Source: an uncultured bacterium
Lineage (GTDB): Bacteria > Omnitrophota > Gorgyraeia > Duberdicusellales > CBEUCJ01
Assembly (NCBI GenBank): GCA_965541615.1
Contig: CBEUCJ010000003.1
Location: 129,941-193,940, forward strand
Length of the DNA: 64,000 nt
Reading direction: 5' to 3'
Shown here: positions 39,841 through 50,600 of the stretch, one piece after another
Layout: every line of letters starts with the position of its first letter
Numbering within the stretch: position 1 is the stretch's first letter
The notes under the pieces: generated by a model
What the model saw: the letters and a program-made list of their open reading frames with translations, nothing else
What the model was told of the DNA's origin: nothing
Databases searched by the model: none
Made by a program: the position numbers and the translations under genes

Positions 39841-41161
39841 CTACCAAATTATTTATAAAATACTGAGTATACTTAATTTGTGTCTCTTCTAAAACCTTTA
39901 AGATTATTTTGGCTCTTTCTAAACCTATCTTTAAATCAGAACTTCTTACTCCTCTTCTATAGATTAAAGATGGTGCATAAGGGATAAAAGGTGAGATTTG
40001 AGCAACTTTTGGGATTAGTTTTTTATTCTTTTTCAAAAAATTCAATGTTTCTTTAAATTCTTTCTCACTCTCTTTGTAAAATCCTGTCATCAAACTCACT
40101 TCAAAAAAGATACCTACTTTTTTCAATTTTTTAAAAAATTCTATAGCTTCCTTTGTAGTAAATCTTTTTTGCATTCTTTTTAATACTGAATCAGAACCTG
40201 TTTCTAACCCTATAAATAATCTTTGACAACCTGCTTTCTTTACTTTTTTTAATAGGCTCTCTGGAATCTCTTTATTTATTGAGACTTGAGCTTCCCAAAA
40301 TATCTTTATATTTTCTTTTAACAAAAGATCTAAAAACTTTTCTAAATTTTGAAAAGAAGAAAAAAAATCTGAATCTTGAAAACTAAAAAATTTTTTAGGG
40401 TATCTTTGATGTAATATTTTTACTTGATTTAAAAAATATTCAGGTGAATAGGTTCTGTATTTTTTATACAAAAAACATTCACTGCAAAAAACGCATCTCT
40501 TGGTGCAACCTCTCGTTCTCAAAATTCCTATAAAAGGTCCATAAAAAGACAGATCTAAATCTTTGAATTCAATGAAAGGTAACTTATCTAAATCTTGAAT
40601 TTCTAAATATTCAAAATACTTTGTTTTATTAGATTCTTTTAAATCTTCAAATTCGTTTTTTAAAATTTTAAGTGCAGCTAACTCACCTTCTCCTATTACA
40701 AATATGGCTCCTTTAAATAATTCTTTAAAATAATTCAAATTATCTTTGTAGTATTCAAAAAGAACTTGAGGTCCACCTATTAAATAAATCTTATCTTCTG
40801 AATATATTTCCTTAAACAATTTAAATGCGAAATCTTTACTCCTCTCAAAAACTGAAATCCCGATTACCTTTGCTTTTGATTCTCTTATTTTCTTTAAAAA
40901 TTCTTTAAAGAAATCTTTTTTATAAACTAAATCAAAAAATTCTCTTTCAAATTTTGAATCCTTTACTAACCATACTTTCTTATACTCTTTTTTAAAAAGA
41001 TTGTAAAGGATAGCATTTAAATCCAAATGCAAAGCTCTAAAACCATTTTTTCTTAAAAACTCACAGATATATTCACCTGCTAAAGGAGGGGTTTTTGTCC
41101 AAAAGAGAGGTAAATTTATTAGTATAAAATCTTTTTCATTGAAGTTAAAAAAATCTTGCAT
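39812..41161 (-). CDS. B12-binding-domain radical SAM protein (class B)
   Basis: N-terminal Rossmann-like cobalamin-binding region (KVIGISVFERS ...) then TRGCTKRCVFCSE (Cx3Cx2C); 449 aa. Confidence 0.75.
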   Translation of the reverse strand: MQDFFNFNEKDFILINLPLFWTKTPPLAGEYICEFLRKNGFRALHLDLNAILYNLFKKEYKKVWLVKDSKFEREFFDLVYKKDFFKEFLKKIRESKAKVIGISVFERSKDFAFKLFKEIYSEDKIYLIGGPQVLFEYYKDNLNYFKELFKGAIFVIGEGELAALKILKNEFEDLKESNKTKYFEYLEIQDLDKLPFIEFKDLDLSFYGPFIGILRTRGCTKRCVFCSECFLYKKYRTYSPEYFLNQVKILHQRYPKKFFSFQDSDFFSSFQNLEKFLDLLLKENIKIFWEAQVSINKEIPESLLKKVKKAGCQRLFIGLETGSDSVLKRMQKRFTTKEAIEFFKKLKKVGIFFEVSLMTGFYKESEKEFKETLNFLKKNKKLIPKVAQISPFIPYAPSLIYRRGVRSSDLKIGLERAKIILKVLEETQIKYTQYFINNLVDAQIKNKFN

Positions 41162-41184
41162 ACTCTTTAAATTCTATTATAATT

Positions 41185-42336
41185 TTGAAAATCCAATTTT
41201 CCAAAAATAAAAGAATGTCCAATAAAAAAATTCTATCTAAAATTTTAAAAGTCTGCTATATAGTATTCTTAGTCTATCTTTTTCTTTTAAGTATAAAATC
41301 CATAGAAAAGGGAGCCAAATTAGCAGGTGAGGGTTTTGCCAAAAGATTAATTACCACAACTTCAAATCCTTTTGTAGGACTCTTTATAGGTATTATATCT
41401 ACTGCTTTAGTCCAAAGTTCATCTTTAACTACCTCTCTGGTAGTAGCTTTAGTAGGTGGAGGAATTTTAGACTTAAGAAGAGCTGTGCCGATAATTATGG
41501 GAGCAAATATTGGGACGTCTGTGACTAATACCGTTGTAGCTTTGACTCATATCAGTTGGCGCCAAGAGTTTAAAAAAGCATTCAGTGCAGCTACTGTCCA
41601 TGACTTTTTTAATCTTTTAACAGTAGCTCTTTTATTTCCTTTAGAATTACACTTTAGGTATTTGAGTAATTTGGCTTCTTTCTTTGAAAAATTATTTGAA
41701 AATGCAGGTGGAATGAAGTTTACTTCTCCTCTTAAAGTAATACTGTCTCCTACCGTAAATTTTTTAAAATCAATTTTTTTAAAGGTCTCTTTAAAATTTT
41801 GCATATTTGCATTTTTCCTCTTAGGGTTCATTCTGCTATTTTTCTCATTGTTTCTGTTAGTAAGAATCCTAAAAAAGACTTTTTCTCAGAGGATGGAACT
41901 TTTGATGGATAAATATATTTTTAGAAATGATTTTTTAAGTTTAGGGTTGGGGTTTCTTCTAACGAGCATAGTGCAATCCAGTTCTTTGACCACTTCAATA
42001 ATCGTACCTTTGGTAGGAGCTGGTGTCTTAAGATTAGAGAGAGCTTTTGTTTATACTATGGGAGCTAATTTAGGAACTACACTCACTTGTCTTTTAGCTT
42101 CTTTAGCTGTAGTGGGTGAAGGAAAAGGTGTAGCTCTTACTGTGGCTTTGACGCATTTTTTATTTAATTTGAATGGAATTCTTATATTTTTTCCTTTTAA
42201 AAAAATCCGCCAGATCCCTCTAATTTTGGCTAAAAAATTAGCTCAAGTATGTGCAAAAAGGAGATTTTTATCTCTGGTGTACATAATAGTAGTGTTTTTT
42301 GTCATCCCTATATGTATAATATTGATAGGGAGGTGA
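41185..42336 (+). CDS. Na+/phosphate cotransporter (NptA family)
   Basis: Duplicated Na_Pi_cotrans motifs (ALVQSSSLTTSLVVALVGGGIL, IVQSSSLTTSIIVPLVGAGVL). Confidence 0.8.
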   Translation: MKIQFSKNKRMSNKKILSKILKVCYIVFLVYLFLLSIKSIEKGAKLAGEGFAKRLITTTSNPFVGLFIGIISTALVQSSSLTTSLVVALVGGGILDLRRAVPIIMGANIGTSVTNTVVALTHISWRQEFKKAFSAATVHDFFNLLTVALLFPLELHFRYLSNLASFFEKLFENAGGMKFTSPLKVILSPTVNFLKSIFLKVSLKFCIFAFFLLGFILLFFSLFLLVRILKKTFSQRMELLMDKYIFRNDFLSLGLGFLLTSIVQSSSLTTSIIVPLVGAGVLRLERAFVYTMGANLGTTLTCLLASLAVVGEGKGVALTVALTHFLFNLNGILIFFPFKKIRQIPLILAKKLAQVCAKRRFLSLVYIIVVFFVIPICIILIGR

Positions 42337-42340
42337 AAAA

Positions 42341-43006
42341 ATGTTTAAAGAAATAATCAATGTATGGAAAGAAGATATATTCTTAAAAGAAATCATAAAT
42401 GATTTTGAGAACATGCTTAAAGAAGCAAAAGATATCTTTACAAAAGCAGTTATGGTATTCTGGTCAGAAAAATCTCCTCAGGAAATCCATGCCCAAATTT
42501 ATGCTCAAGATAAGAAAATAAATGAAGAAGAACAAAGGATTAGAAGGAGATTAATAGAACATTTAGCAATTAATCCAAGAAAAGACTTCCCTGCGTGTTT
42601 GGTCTTTATGAGTGTTATCAAAGATGCTGAAAGGATAGGTGATTATGGGAAAAATATCTTTGAGTTAAGATATATTTTAAAATCAAGTGAATCTGATAAA
42701 TTCACTCCTATGCTAAAAGAACTAGAAAATGAAATCTCCAAAAACTTATCTCAAATCTCAAAAGCTTTTAAAGAAGCAGATACCACTTGTGCCATACAGA
42801 TAATGCAGTCTCATGGTAGAATAGGAAAAGAATGTGAAGCCTTAATAAGAAGTTTGGTAGAATCTGCTTTACCTAGTGATAAGCTCGTTTGTTATACTCT
42901 TTTATTAAGATACTACAAAAGAATAAGTGCTCATACAGCTAACATTGCTTCTGCTATTGTAAATCCTGTAGAGAAAATAGATTACGTAGCTGAAGGCATT
43001 CTTTAA
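42341..43006 (+). CDS. PhoU-like (DUF47-type) phosphate transport regulator
   Basis: All-helical ~220 aa protein with an AERIGDYGKNI-type helix; conserved pairing directly downstream of a Na/Pi cotransporter. Confidence 0.5.
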   Translation: MFKEIINVWKEDIFLKEIINDFENMLKEAKDIFTKAVMVFWSEKSPQEIHAQIYAQDKKINEEEQRIRRRLIEHLAINPRKDFPACLVFMSVIKDAERIGDYGKNIFELRYILKSSESDKFTPMLKELENEISKNLSQISKAFKEADTTCAIQIMQSHGRIGKECEALIRSLVESALPSDKLVCYTLLLRYYKRISAHTANIASAIVNPVEKIDYVAEGIL

Positions 43007-43063
43007 AAAAATTCTCTCTAATCTTTTCTTAATAAAATCAGATATAATTTTAATAAAGTCTTA

Positions 43064-44341
43064 ATGAAAGTAAGAATAGAAAAGATAGTCTATCCTGGTA
43101 AGAGCTTAGCTTATTATAATAATAAAGTCGTGTTCTTAGATGAAGGCTTACCTCAAGAAGAAGTAGAGATCAAAATCCTGAAAGAAAAGAAAAATTTTTC
43201 AGAAGCACAAGTTCTAAAAATTATCTCTAAATCTGTGTATAGAAAAAATCCCCTATGTAAACACTTTAAAATCTGCTCAAAATTTCAATATATAGAATAT
43301 ACTCAACAATTAAAGATAAAAGAATTTTTTCTGAAAGAAACTTCTCAAAGGATCTTCAAAAGAGAATTAAATGCAAGTAAGATTCTTGCTTCTCCCTTAG
43401 AATTCAGATACAGAAACAAAGGTATTTTTTCAGTAATTTATGAAAAAAATACTCCTTTTTTGGCTTACCACATTCCCAATACTTTCAAAGAGTTTATAAA
43501 AATAGATGAATGCTACTTATTTTCAGAAAGAGCAAATAAAATTTTAAAAGAAACACTTAACAAAACTCAAATTTACAATTTAAAGAGTATTAAGAATATA
43601 GAAGTTAGAGAAAGCTTTTCTCAAAAAAACATTCTGATAAACATCTATCTTAAAGACAAAAAAGAGTTTGATGCTATAAATAAATTAAACATAAATGCAG
43701 AAAATGTCCTTTTATCTCTTACTCATCCTAAATTGAATCCTCCTCAAATTTTAGAATACAAAGTCCTTAAAGGAAAAGATTTCATAGAAGAAAAGATTCT
43801 AAATTTTTATTTTAGAGTAAGTGTTTCATCTTTTTTTCAGATAAATACCTTTCTGTTGACAGAACTCTTATCTGACATCATAAAATATTCAGAATTAACA
43901 GGTAAAGAAAAAATAGCTGATTTTTATTGTGGAGTAGGTGCTTTAAGTATTCCTATTAGTAAAAAAGCTTACAAAATTTTTGGAATAGAATCTGAGTACT
44001 CAGCTATTAGAGATCTCAAGCACAATCTTATTAAAAATAGTGTTTATAACTATACAATAGCAGAAGGGAAAGTAGAAGATTTTTGTGATTATATTTTAAA
44101 TAAAGGTATAGACCTTTTAATCTTGGATCCTCCCAGAACAGGTCTTACTAATAAAGTCCTAAAATCTATTTTAAAATTCTTACCAAAAAGAATCTTTTAC
44201 ATTGCTTGTGATTTAGCTACTTTAAGTAGAGATTTAAAAGTATTGGACTCTCATTACAAGATAAAAGATATTTTTCTTTATGATTTTTTTGCTCAAACTC
44301 CTTATGTGGAAAGTTTTGTCATATTAGAAAGAAAAGTTTAA
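43064..44341 (+). CDS. RNA (uracil-5-)-methyltransferase, RumA/RlmD/TrmA family
   Basis: N-terminal TRAM-like beta domain, a Cys cluster, a SAM-binding DFYCGVGA motif, and a catalytic LILDPPRTGL motif. Confidence 0.65.
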   Translation: MKVRIEKIVYPGKSLAYYNNKVVFLDEGLPQEEVEIKILKEKKNFSEAQVLKIISKSVYRKNPLCKHFKICSKFQYIEYTQQLKIKEFFLKETSQRIFKRELNASKILASPLEFRYRNKGIFSVIYEKNTPFLAYHIPNTFKEFIKIDECYLFSERANKILKETLNKTQIYNLKSIKNIEVRESFSQKNILINIYLKDKKEFDAINKLNINAENVLLSLTHPKLNPPQILEYKVLKGKDFIEEKILNFYFRVSVSSFFQINTFLLTELLSDIIKYSELTGKEKIADFYCGVGALSIPISKKAYKIFGIESEYSAIRDLKHNLIKNSVYNYTIAEGKVEDFCDYILNKGIDLLILDPPRTGLTNKVLKSILKFLPKRIFYIACDLATLSRDLKVLDSHYKIKDIFLYDFFAQTPYVESFVILERKV

Positions 44342-46042
44342 TCTTAATTCTTTGCCTTTTTGGGTTATAAGTCTTTTGTTATTAAATTTATCTAAAAATT
44401 TTTGAATTTGGAAAACAGAAGGGAAATCTTCAATGAATGAATATTTTAATTTAGAACCATTTTTTTCTAATACTACCCTATAAATTTTCTTTTCTTTTAT
44501 CAGTTTTAAAATGAGTATTATTCCCAAGATGTATTTAGGTATTTTATTATCAACGCTAATAGTTTCTTTTGAAAAATTTATTTTGTAATCTTTTAGAAGT
44601 TCATTTAACAAAGAACATAAATCTGTTCTTGAAGAACTAAAGTAGTTATCTGTTAACTCCTTTAAAAAGTTTATCAATCTTACAAGATAAAAACAAAAGA
44701 AAGTATCTTTTTTTTCTTCATAGAGACCTCCAAAACTCAATCTCCATTTTTTATAATCATAGGTTTTAAAACTATCTTTTCTCTTCTCAAAAATACTGCT
44801 TTTAGGAACAAGATAGAAGATACTTGCTCCCAAAAGAGTAGGTAACTGAGCCAAAAACAATATGTCTTCTAACATCTTTTCTAAATTGGAACCGGGCAAC
44901 CCCAAAATTATGTGAGAAGTGATTTTAAATCCTAAAGAATGTGAAAGTAACACAATTCTTGTAAAATTTGCTACAGGTTCTGTCCTTTTTAATTCTTTTC
45001 TCAAAGTTTCATCAGAAGTTACTAAAGAAAAATCTAATTTTCTTACTCTTATAGATTTAAGAAGTTCTAAAATTTCTAAATCTAAGTATTCAGTATCTAA
45101 TCCATTCATAAATGAAAATTCTAAAAAAGTATCTTTGTATTTTTGTCTCAAAGAATTCAAAAGTTTTAAAGCGTAAGTTTTATCTGCAGTAAAATTGTCG
45201 TCTTCAAAATCAAAAAATTCAATATTAAATTTTTTTACACATATATCTATCTCCTCTAAAACGTTTTTAATAGTTCTTTTTCTAAAAATACTTATCTGAC
45301 GATTAGGAAGAGAACAGAATTCACATCTTTTAGGACATCCTCTTGTGCTTAATATTTGAGTAAATCTTTTTTTACCTATTTTGTAAGCATCTGGATTTAA
45401 AAGAGAGCGATCAGGTGTAGGAAGAGCATCTAAATCTTTTACTACGGCTTCTCCAGGTGCCAAAAAACATTTGCCATCATACTTAAACCCTATTCCCTCT
45501 ATTTTTGAGAGTTCTACAAAATCTAAGTTTTTGTCTTTTATCAACAAACACAGCTTTAAAAAAGAAAATTCTCCTTCTCCTTTAATTAAGAAATCTATGT
45601 AATCTTTCTGTAAAAAAATTTCAGGGATAAGTGACACAGCATTTCCTCCTACTACCACAAAAATTTTCTCATTAACTTTTTTTATTAACTGGCACACTCT
45701 TAAAGCTTCTTCTATATAAGGAATGAAGTTAACAGAGATTCCTACTATTTGAGGAGAAAATTCTCTTATTCTTTTTTCTATCTCTAAAAAATCCAATCCA
45801 AAATGATAGTAATTTTTAAATAGACTAAAAGGAGACTGATTCTCCTTATAAAATTCTTTCAAATCTTTAAACTCTGAAGGTATCTGAATAGAAAATTTCT
45901 TACTTTTGCAAGCATCTAATATCTTCACATCAAAATTGTATTTTTTTAATATAGTTCCTAAGTACAATAATCCTAATGGATAAATTCTTTGAGGAGTAGA
46001 ATAAAAGTCTTGGATAGGAGGTTGAATTAGAAGGACTTTCAT
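44324..46042 (-). CDS. B12-binding-domain radical SAM protein with C-terminal extension
   Basis: MKVLLIQPP... cobalamin-binding-like N-terminus, STRGCPKRCEFCS (Cx3Cx2C), and a ~150 aa uncharacterised C-terminal tail; 572 aa. Confidence 0.75.
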   Translation of the reverse strand: MKVLLIQPPIQDFYSTPQRIYPLGLLYLGTILKKYNFDVKILDACKSKKFSIQIPSEFKDLKEFYKENQSPFSLFKNYYHFGLDFLEIEKRIREFSPQIVGISVNFIPYIEEALRVCQLIKKVNEKIFVVVGGNAVSLIPEIFLQKDYIDFLIKGEGEFSFLKLCLLIKDKNLDFVELSKIEGIGFKYDGKCFLAPGEAVVKDLDALPTPDRSLLNPDAYKIGKKRFTQILSTRGCPKRCEFCSLPNRQISIFRKRTIKNVLEEIDICVKKFNIEFFDFEDDNFTADKTYALKLLNSLRQKYKDTFLEFSFMNGLDTEYLDLEILELLKSIRVRKLDFSLVTSDETLRKELKRTEPVANFTRIVLLSHSLGFKITSHIILGLPGSNLEKMLEDILFLAQLPTLLGASIFYLVPKSSIFEKRKDSFKTYDYKKWRLSFGGLYEEKKDTFFCFYLVRLINFLKELTDNYFSSSRTDLCSLLNELLKDYKINFSKETISVDNKIPKYILGIILILKLIKEKKIYRVVLEKNGSKLKYSFIEDFPSVFQIQKFLDKFNNKRLITQKGKELRLNFSF

Positions 46043-46044
46043 TC

Positions 46045-46431
46045 TTAAAGTAATTTAAGGAGTTTACAGAATATTTTTTTATCATTATCACATAATTTTA
46101 AAGAAAAGAGTTCATCTTTTTTAAACCATCTGATCTCTTTATGGAATAAATTCTGAGGAGAAGTCCTGTTAGAAATTTTGCATAGAAATCCATAAAAGAT
46201 AAAACCTTTCAATTTAATGGGTTTAAATTTTTTTATGATCTTTATATTGATACCCAATTCTTCTTTTAATTCTCTTTTTAAAGCATCTCTCAACCTTTCA
46301 TTCTTTTCTACTTTTCCTCCTGGAAACTCCCAACAAAGAGTCCTTCCTATAGCTCTTCTTCCTAACAGAAACTTTTTCCTTTTTTTAATTATTCCAAAAA
46401 CTACTCTCTTCATACCTTCTTCATTTTGCAA
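46045..46431 (-). CDS. NUDIX hydrolase (MutT-like)
   Basis: Nudix box GGKVEKNERLRDALKRELKEELGI. Confidence 0.7.
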   Translation of the reverse strand: MQNEEGMKRVVFGIIKKRKKFLLGRRAIGRTLCWEFPGGKVEKNERLRDALKRELKEELGINIKIIKKFKPIKLKGFIFYGFLCKISNRTSPQNLFHKEIRWFKKDELFSLKLCDNDKKIFCKLLKLL

Positions 46432-47357
46432 ATAAAAAAACCCTCATAATTTTTATCTGGGATGACTCTCACAGCCTTTTCAACTTGAGGTAAAAATTCT
46501 TTTTGTTTCCATCTAATCAAAGGTTTAAATCTATTAGGAATTTTGAAATCTATTTCTTCACAGATTATCTCTCCTTTAAATTTTTTTAAAGCAAAGTCTA
46601 TTACAGCTTCATTCTCCTCAGGACTAAATGTGCAAGTAGAATAAACGAGTGTTCCTTGTGGCTTTAACAATCTCAAAGCTGAAATCAACAATCTTTTTTG
46701 TTTGTGAGCACAATCTCTGACTTTCTTCATTTTCCAGTATTTAAAGGTTCTAGGTTCATAGACATAAAAGAGGCCTTCTGCAGAGCAAGGAGCATCTAAG
46801 AGTATTTTGTCAAACTCCATTTTAACTTTTTTATGAACGATAACTCCATCTAACAAAAGAGGTTTTACACAGTTCACACCTTGATGTTCTAAATTTCTCA
46901 AGAGTTTAAAAAATCTACTTTTTATCTTTTCTACAGCAAAAATTTTAGCTTTATTCTTTGTCAAAACTGCAAGCTGAGTAGTTTTACTGCCAGGAGCTGC
47001 ACATAGGTCTAAAATTAATTCTCCTTCTTTAGGCTCTAAAACCAAAGGTGGTATCATACTGGAAAGATTCTGAATGTAAATAGCACCTTCTATGAATTCT
47101 TCTGTTTTTTGAAGTTCTTTTAAAGATCTATTCTTCAAAATAAAAGCATCTTTATACCAATCTACACTGCAGAGTTTAAAACCTTTTTTTTGGAGACTTT
47201 TTAAGACCTCTAACCTGTCTGCTTTAAGAGTGTTTATTCTGAAAGCTACATTTTTCTTTTCTAAAAAGGAATTAAGTACTTTTTTACTTATAGATGGTGG
47301 ATAGATCTCTTTTATTCTTTGAACAAACTCTGAAGGAAAATACTTTAGGAGATTCAA
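46410..47357 (-). CDS. rRNA/tRNA cytosine-C5 methyltransferase (RsmB/RsmF, NOL1/NOP2/Sun family)
   Basis: SAM motif DLCAAPGSKT, catalytic DAPCS and TCT motifs. Confidence 0.75.
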   Translation of the reverse strand: MNLLKYFPSEFVQRIKEIYPPSISKKVLNSFLEKKNVAFRINTLKADRLEVLKSLQKKGFKLCSVDWYKDAFILKNRSLKELQKTEEFIEGAIYIQNLSSMIPPLVLEPKEGELILDLCAAPGSKTTQLAVLTKNKAKIFAVEKIKSRFFKLLRNLEHQGVNCVKPLLLDGVIVHKKVKMEFDKILLDAPCSAEGLFYVYEPRTFKYWKMKKVRDCAHKQKRLLISALRLLKPQGTLVYSTCTFSPEENEAVIDFALKKFKGEIICEEIDFKIPNRFKPLIRWKQKEFLPQVEKAVRVIPDKNYEGFFICKMKKV

Positions 47358-47370
47358 ATCTTAAAATTAT

Positions 47371-47595
47371 TTATTTTCTAACATTTATATTAATATTTTT
47401 AGATCTTAAAAATTCAAATAATCTTGTGATCTCTTCATCTGGTCCTTCAAATGATACTATTGCCCACCCCATCTCTGTAGAAAATGAAGCTTCTACAATA
47501 TTAGGAACTACATTAAAATTTTTGATTATTTGATAAAATATAGGTTCGTCTTTTAATTCTCCAGGGAATGTGAGTTCTACTTCTACTTTCTTCAC
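47371..47595 (-). CDS. stand-alone NIL-domain (ferredoxin-like small ligand-binding) protein
   Basis: 74 aa; VELTFPGE...PIFYQIIKNFNVVPNIVEASF...GWAIVSFEG pattern resembles the NIL domain found at the C-terminus of MetN ATPases. Confidence 0.4.
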   Translation of the reverse strand: MKKVEVELTFPGELKDEPIFYQIIKNFNVVPNIVEASFSTEMGWAIVSFEGPDEEITRLFEFLRSKNININVRK

Positions 47596-47611
47596 TGTTC
47601 TCAGCCTCCTT

Positions 47612-50600
47612 TCATTCTAATACAGCTATGATTTTTTTAACCTTACCCTCTCTAATCTCTAAAGAATAAGGCTGCAAGATACAATCTCTTAATATTTCCA
47701 CAACTTTTTTATCTTCATATTCTAAAATATATTTTTTAACTTTGGTCAAAAAAGTGTCTTTCAGATCCTCATTTTTATAAATCACCAAAATCTTACCTAA
47801 AAACTTAAAGGCGAAAGATTTTTCAGGTATAACTACCTTTTCTACTTCTCCAGAAGATCCATAAAAAATCCTCTCTTGGGATTTTCTGGTAAAAAACTCT
47901 GATTTTAATATAGGAGATAATTTAAAGATAAGTTGATTATTCTCGATATAAAAAGGATTTAAACCTGCACACATTATCGTCCAGATACTTAATACTTCTG
48001 CATTAGCACCTGTTAATCTAGCTATAAAACCTTTTCCATGAAAAGATTCATCTGGAAAAGCACTGCTTACTATAAATGAAGAGTTCTCCAAAATATTTCT
48101 TTTATAAAGGTAAGGTGATTGGAAACAAACAAAAGTATTTTTTAACTCTGTAAAAAATTCTTCATATAAACCTTTTTTAAGTAATTCTAATAAAAATTTA
48201 TATTCCATATGTAGCCAGATAGATTCATTTTCTAACCACCCTCTACTAAAAGCTCTTATTCTTCCGATTTCTAAAGGCATCTTTTCCAAATTCTCACATA
48301 TTTTAAACATCTTTAACTTTTCATCATATAAAGGGCTTTCTTTGATCTTCTGATAAAGTTCTTTTGCAGTCTTTCTATCACAGACCTTCATTGCATGGAC
48401 TTGTGGTTCTAAAAATAAAGGTAAAGGTATCTGTTCAAATCTCTCTATTTCTACAGTCTCATACCCAAACCTATTCTTTTTTTGAGTCTTTTTGAACTCT
48501 ACAGGTTTATTTATAAAATAAGAGTAATATAATTTGCTTGCAGGATCAAAATTTTTTTGTATAGATATTGCAACTCTACATTTGGCTTTTTCTAAGAAAT
48601 CTAATATTTCTTTGATAGAGATGCTTTTGATTTGTGAAGAGAATCCAAATTTTACTCTTTCTCTAAATATTTCTTTTAAACTTGTAGATTTTTTATACCA
48701 TAAAAGATCCTTTTCTGAAGAGTCAGATTCTAAGTATTCTTTCAAAAGTTCTTTTAGATTATGAAAAAACTCAAATATTTCTAAAGGGACTTTTTCTTCA
48801 TATTCATTATCGAGTTCTATTTTTTTTAAAGAATCTAATAAAAATTCTATCAATCTTTTTAATTCAAAAACCTCACTTACTGAAGAACCAAAAAGTGCAG
48901 GTAGACCATTTAAAGCATCACACCAACCGGGTTTGTCTGCTTCCATTTCTATACCTCTGCCAAAAGGATCAAAAGAAGAAATTTTATTCAAGATAATAAC
49001 CAAAATCTTTATTAAAAGATTAGTATAAAAAACTTCACCTTTACCTTTATCTAATCTTACTTTATGGATATCTTTCTTCCTTGAATACAATAACTCCCTT
49101 TTCTCTTCAATCTTTGCTACACTGAATAACTGTTGGGGGGTACCCTCTGCTAATACATACTTTTCATCTCTGGGCACTACATATGCTAAAGTATCGTAAA
49201 AATAAAAATCTTTTTTTTCTAAAAGAATATATTTTAGTTTATCAGGATAAATACTTAAAAAATTCTCAAGGAGATCTAAATTATAAGAAAAGTGATCTAT
49301 CCAGAAGCCTTCTTTGTGTTTGGCTATCTCTTCTTTTTCTGCAATGTCTACTAATTCTCTGAGTAGAGATTTTAAATCCATATTAAGCTTTTCTTCTTTT
49401 AAACTAAGATAAGTTAAAAGTTCTCCTAAATGAAATCTGCCTGAGAGGACTTTTCTAAGTTCTTCTTTAAGTTCTGGGTCTCTGGTAATTTTTTCTATAA
49501 ACTCAGTTAATTTGTCAGAATCTTTAATATAGAAATCATCTACTTTTATTAAAAGAGGATTAAAACCATCTGGTTGAATTAGATTAAAGAATAAAGATAC
49601 ATTAGAACTAAACACTTGAGGATTAAAAAATAGATCATTTCTTCTGTTTTGATTAAGATCCCTAAAATTGCCTTCTCCTTGTGAGAAAAAGGTAGGAGTA
49701 ATCTTAAAATTATTGTAATCTCTCTCTAAATCTCCATGTTTACGAGAAAAAACAAATATATCTATTTTTTTATTTTTGCCTTCTAAAATGTAAGGTATTC
49801 CTCCTCTTAAAGAATTATCTAAAAAAGATTGCTGAATGTAAAAATCAAATTCTGGAATATTTGAAACTGTGAAAGCACAATTTTTAATAGATTCTATTAT
49901 AGAAAAAGCCTGTTTTTCCTTCTCTTTGATGTATTCTGGATTACTTATTTTATCTAGAATGTATTTGTAAAGAGATTTATCTTTCACATATCCATAGAGA
50001 CTTATTATTCTTAATTCCCTCTTAGTCTCTAAAACACCTTCCCAGAAACCAAAAGCTGAAAGATTCTGAGATTCTGTAAGTTGAGTTTGAGGAAATTCAA
50101 AATCTTCATGTAACAAGTAAGGAAATGAAAAATCTGTTATTTGACCAAAAAGTTTATTGGGATCTACTAATATTTTTAGGAATTGAATACTTTCTTTCTT
50201 ATATGTAAAACTTGTAAAAAAATTTGCCTCTTTTATTTTAAATACTTGAGGCGTATCTTTAATCGAAGCTCTTACTCTATAAAAGTTTATTTTTCCTTCT
50301 AAGGATTCAGTTTGCATCCAGCTTCTAACAGTGTAACTTAAAAATTTTAAAAGTTTGTTATCTACACCTGAACACAAAAATACAGGTAATCCATCTATTA
50401 ATTGTATTTTAGAAGGAGTTCCCAAATTTATTATCTCTAAAATCCTCACCAAACTTGCGTATTTTTCTGAAGGGAGTAGAAAATATTTTACTTTAAAAAT
50501 AATATTTAAATCTTTGTTGATTTCTTCCAAAGTAAGTTTATGTGAATCTATTAACATTCTTTGAAAAATTTTTTGAGAAGTTTGAGGTCTGAAAGGTTCA

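Noticed and set aside
41547-41831. 94-aa minus-strand ORF inside nptA, plus similar antisense ORFs (e.g. 2229-2426, 9672-9869, 11740-11931, 14539-14766, 15959-16216, 18173-18406, 19009-19366, 35959-36195, 44919-45176, 48534-48764, 51856-52105, 58874-59062, 62616-62825, 63261-63443)
   Set aside because: All are embedded antisense within well-supported genes and have low-complexity, motif-free translations typical of AT-rich antisense frames.
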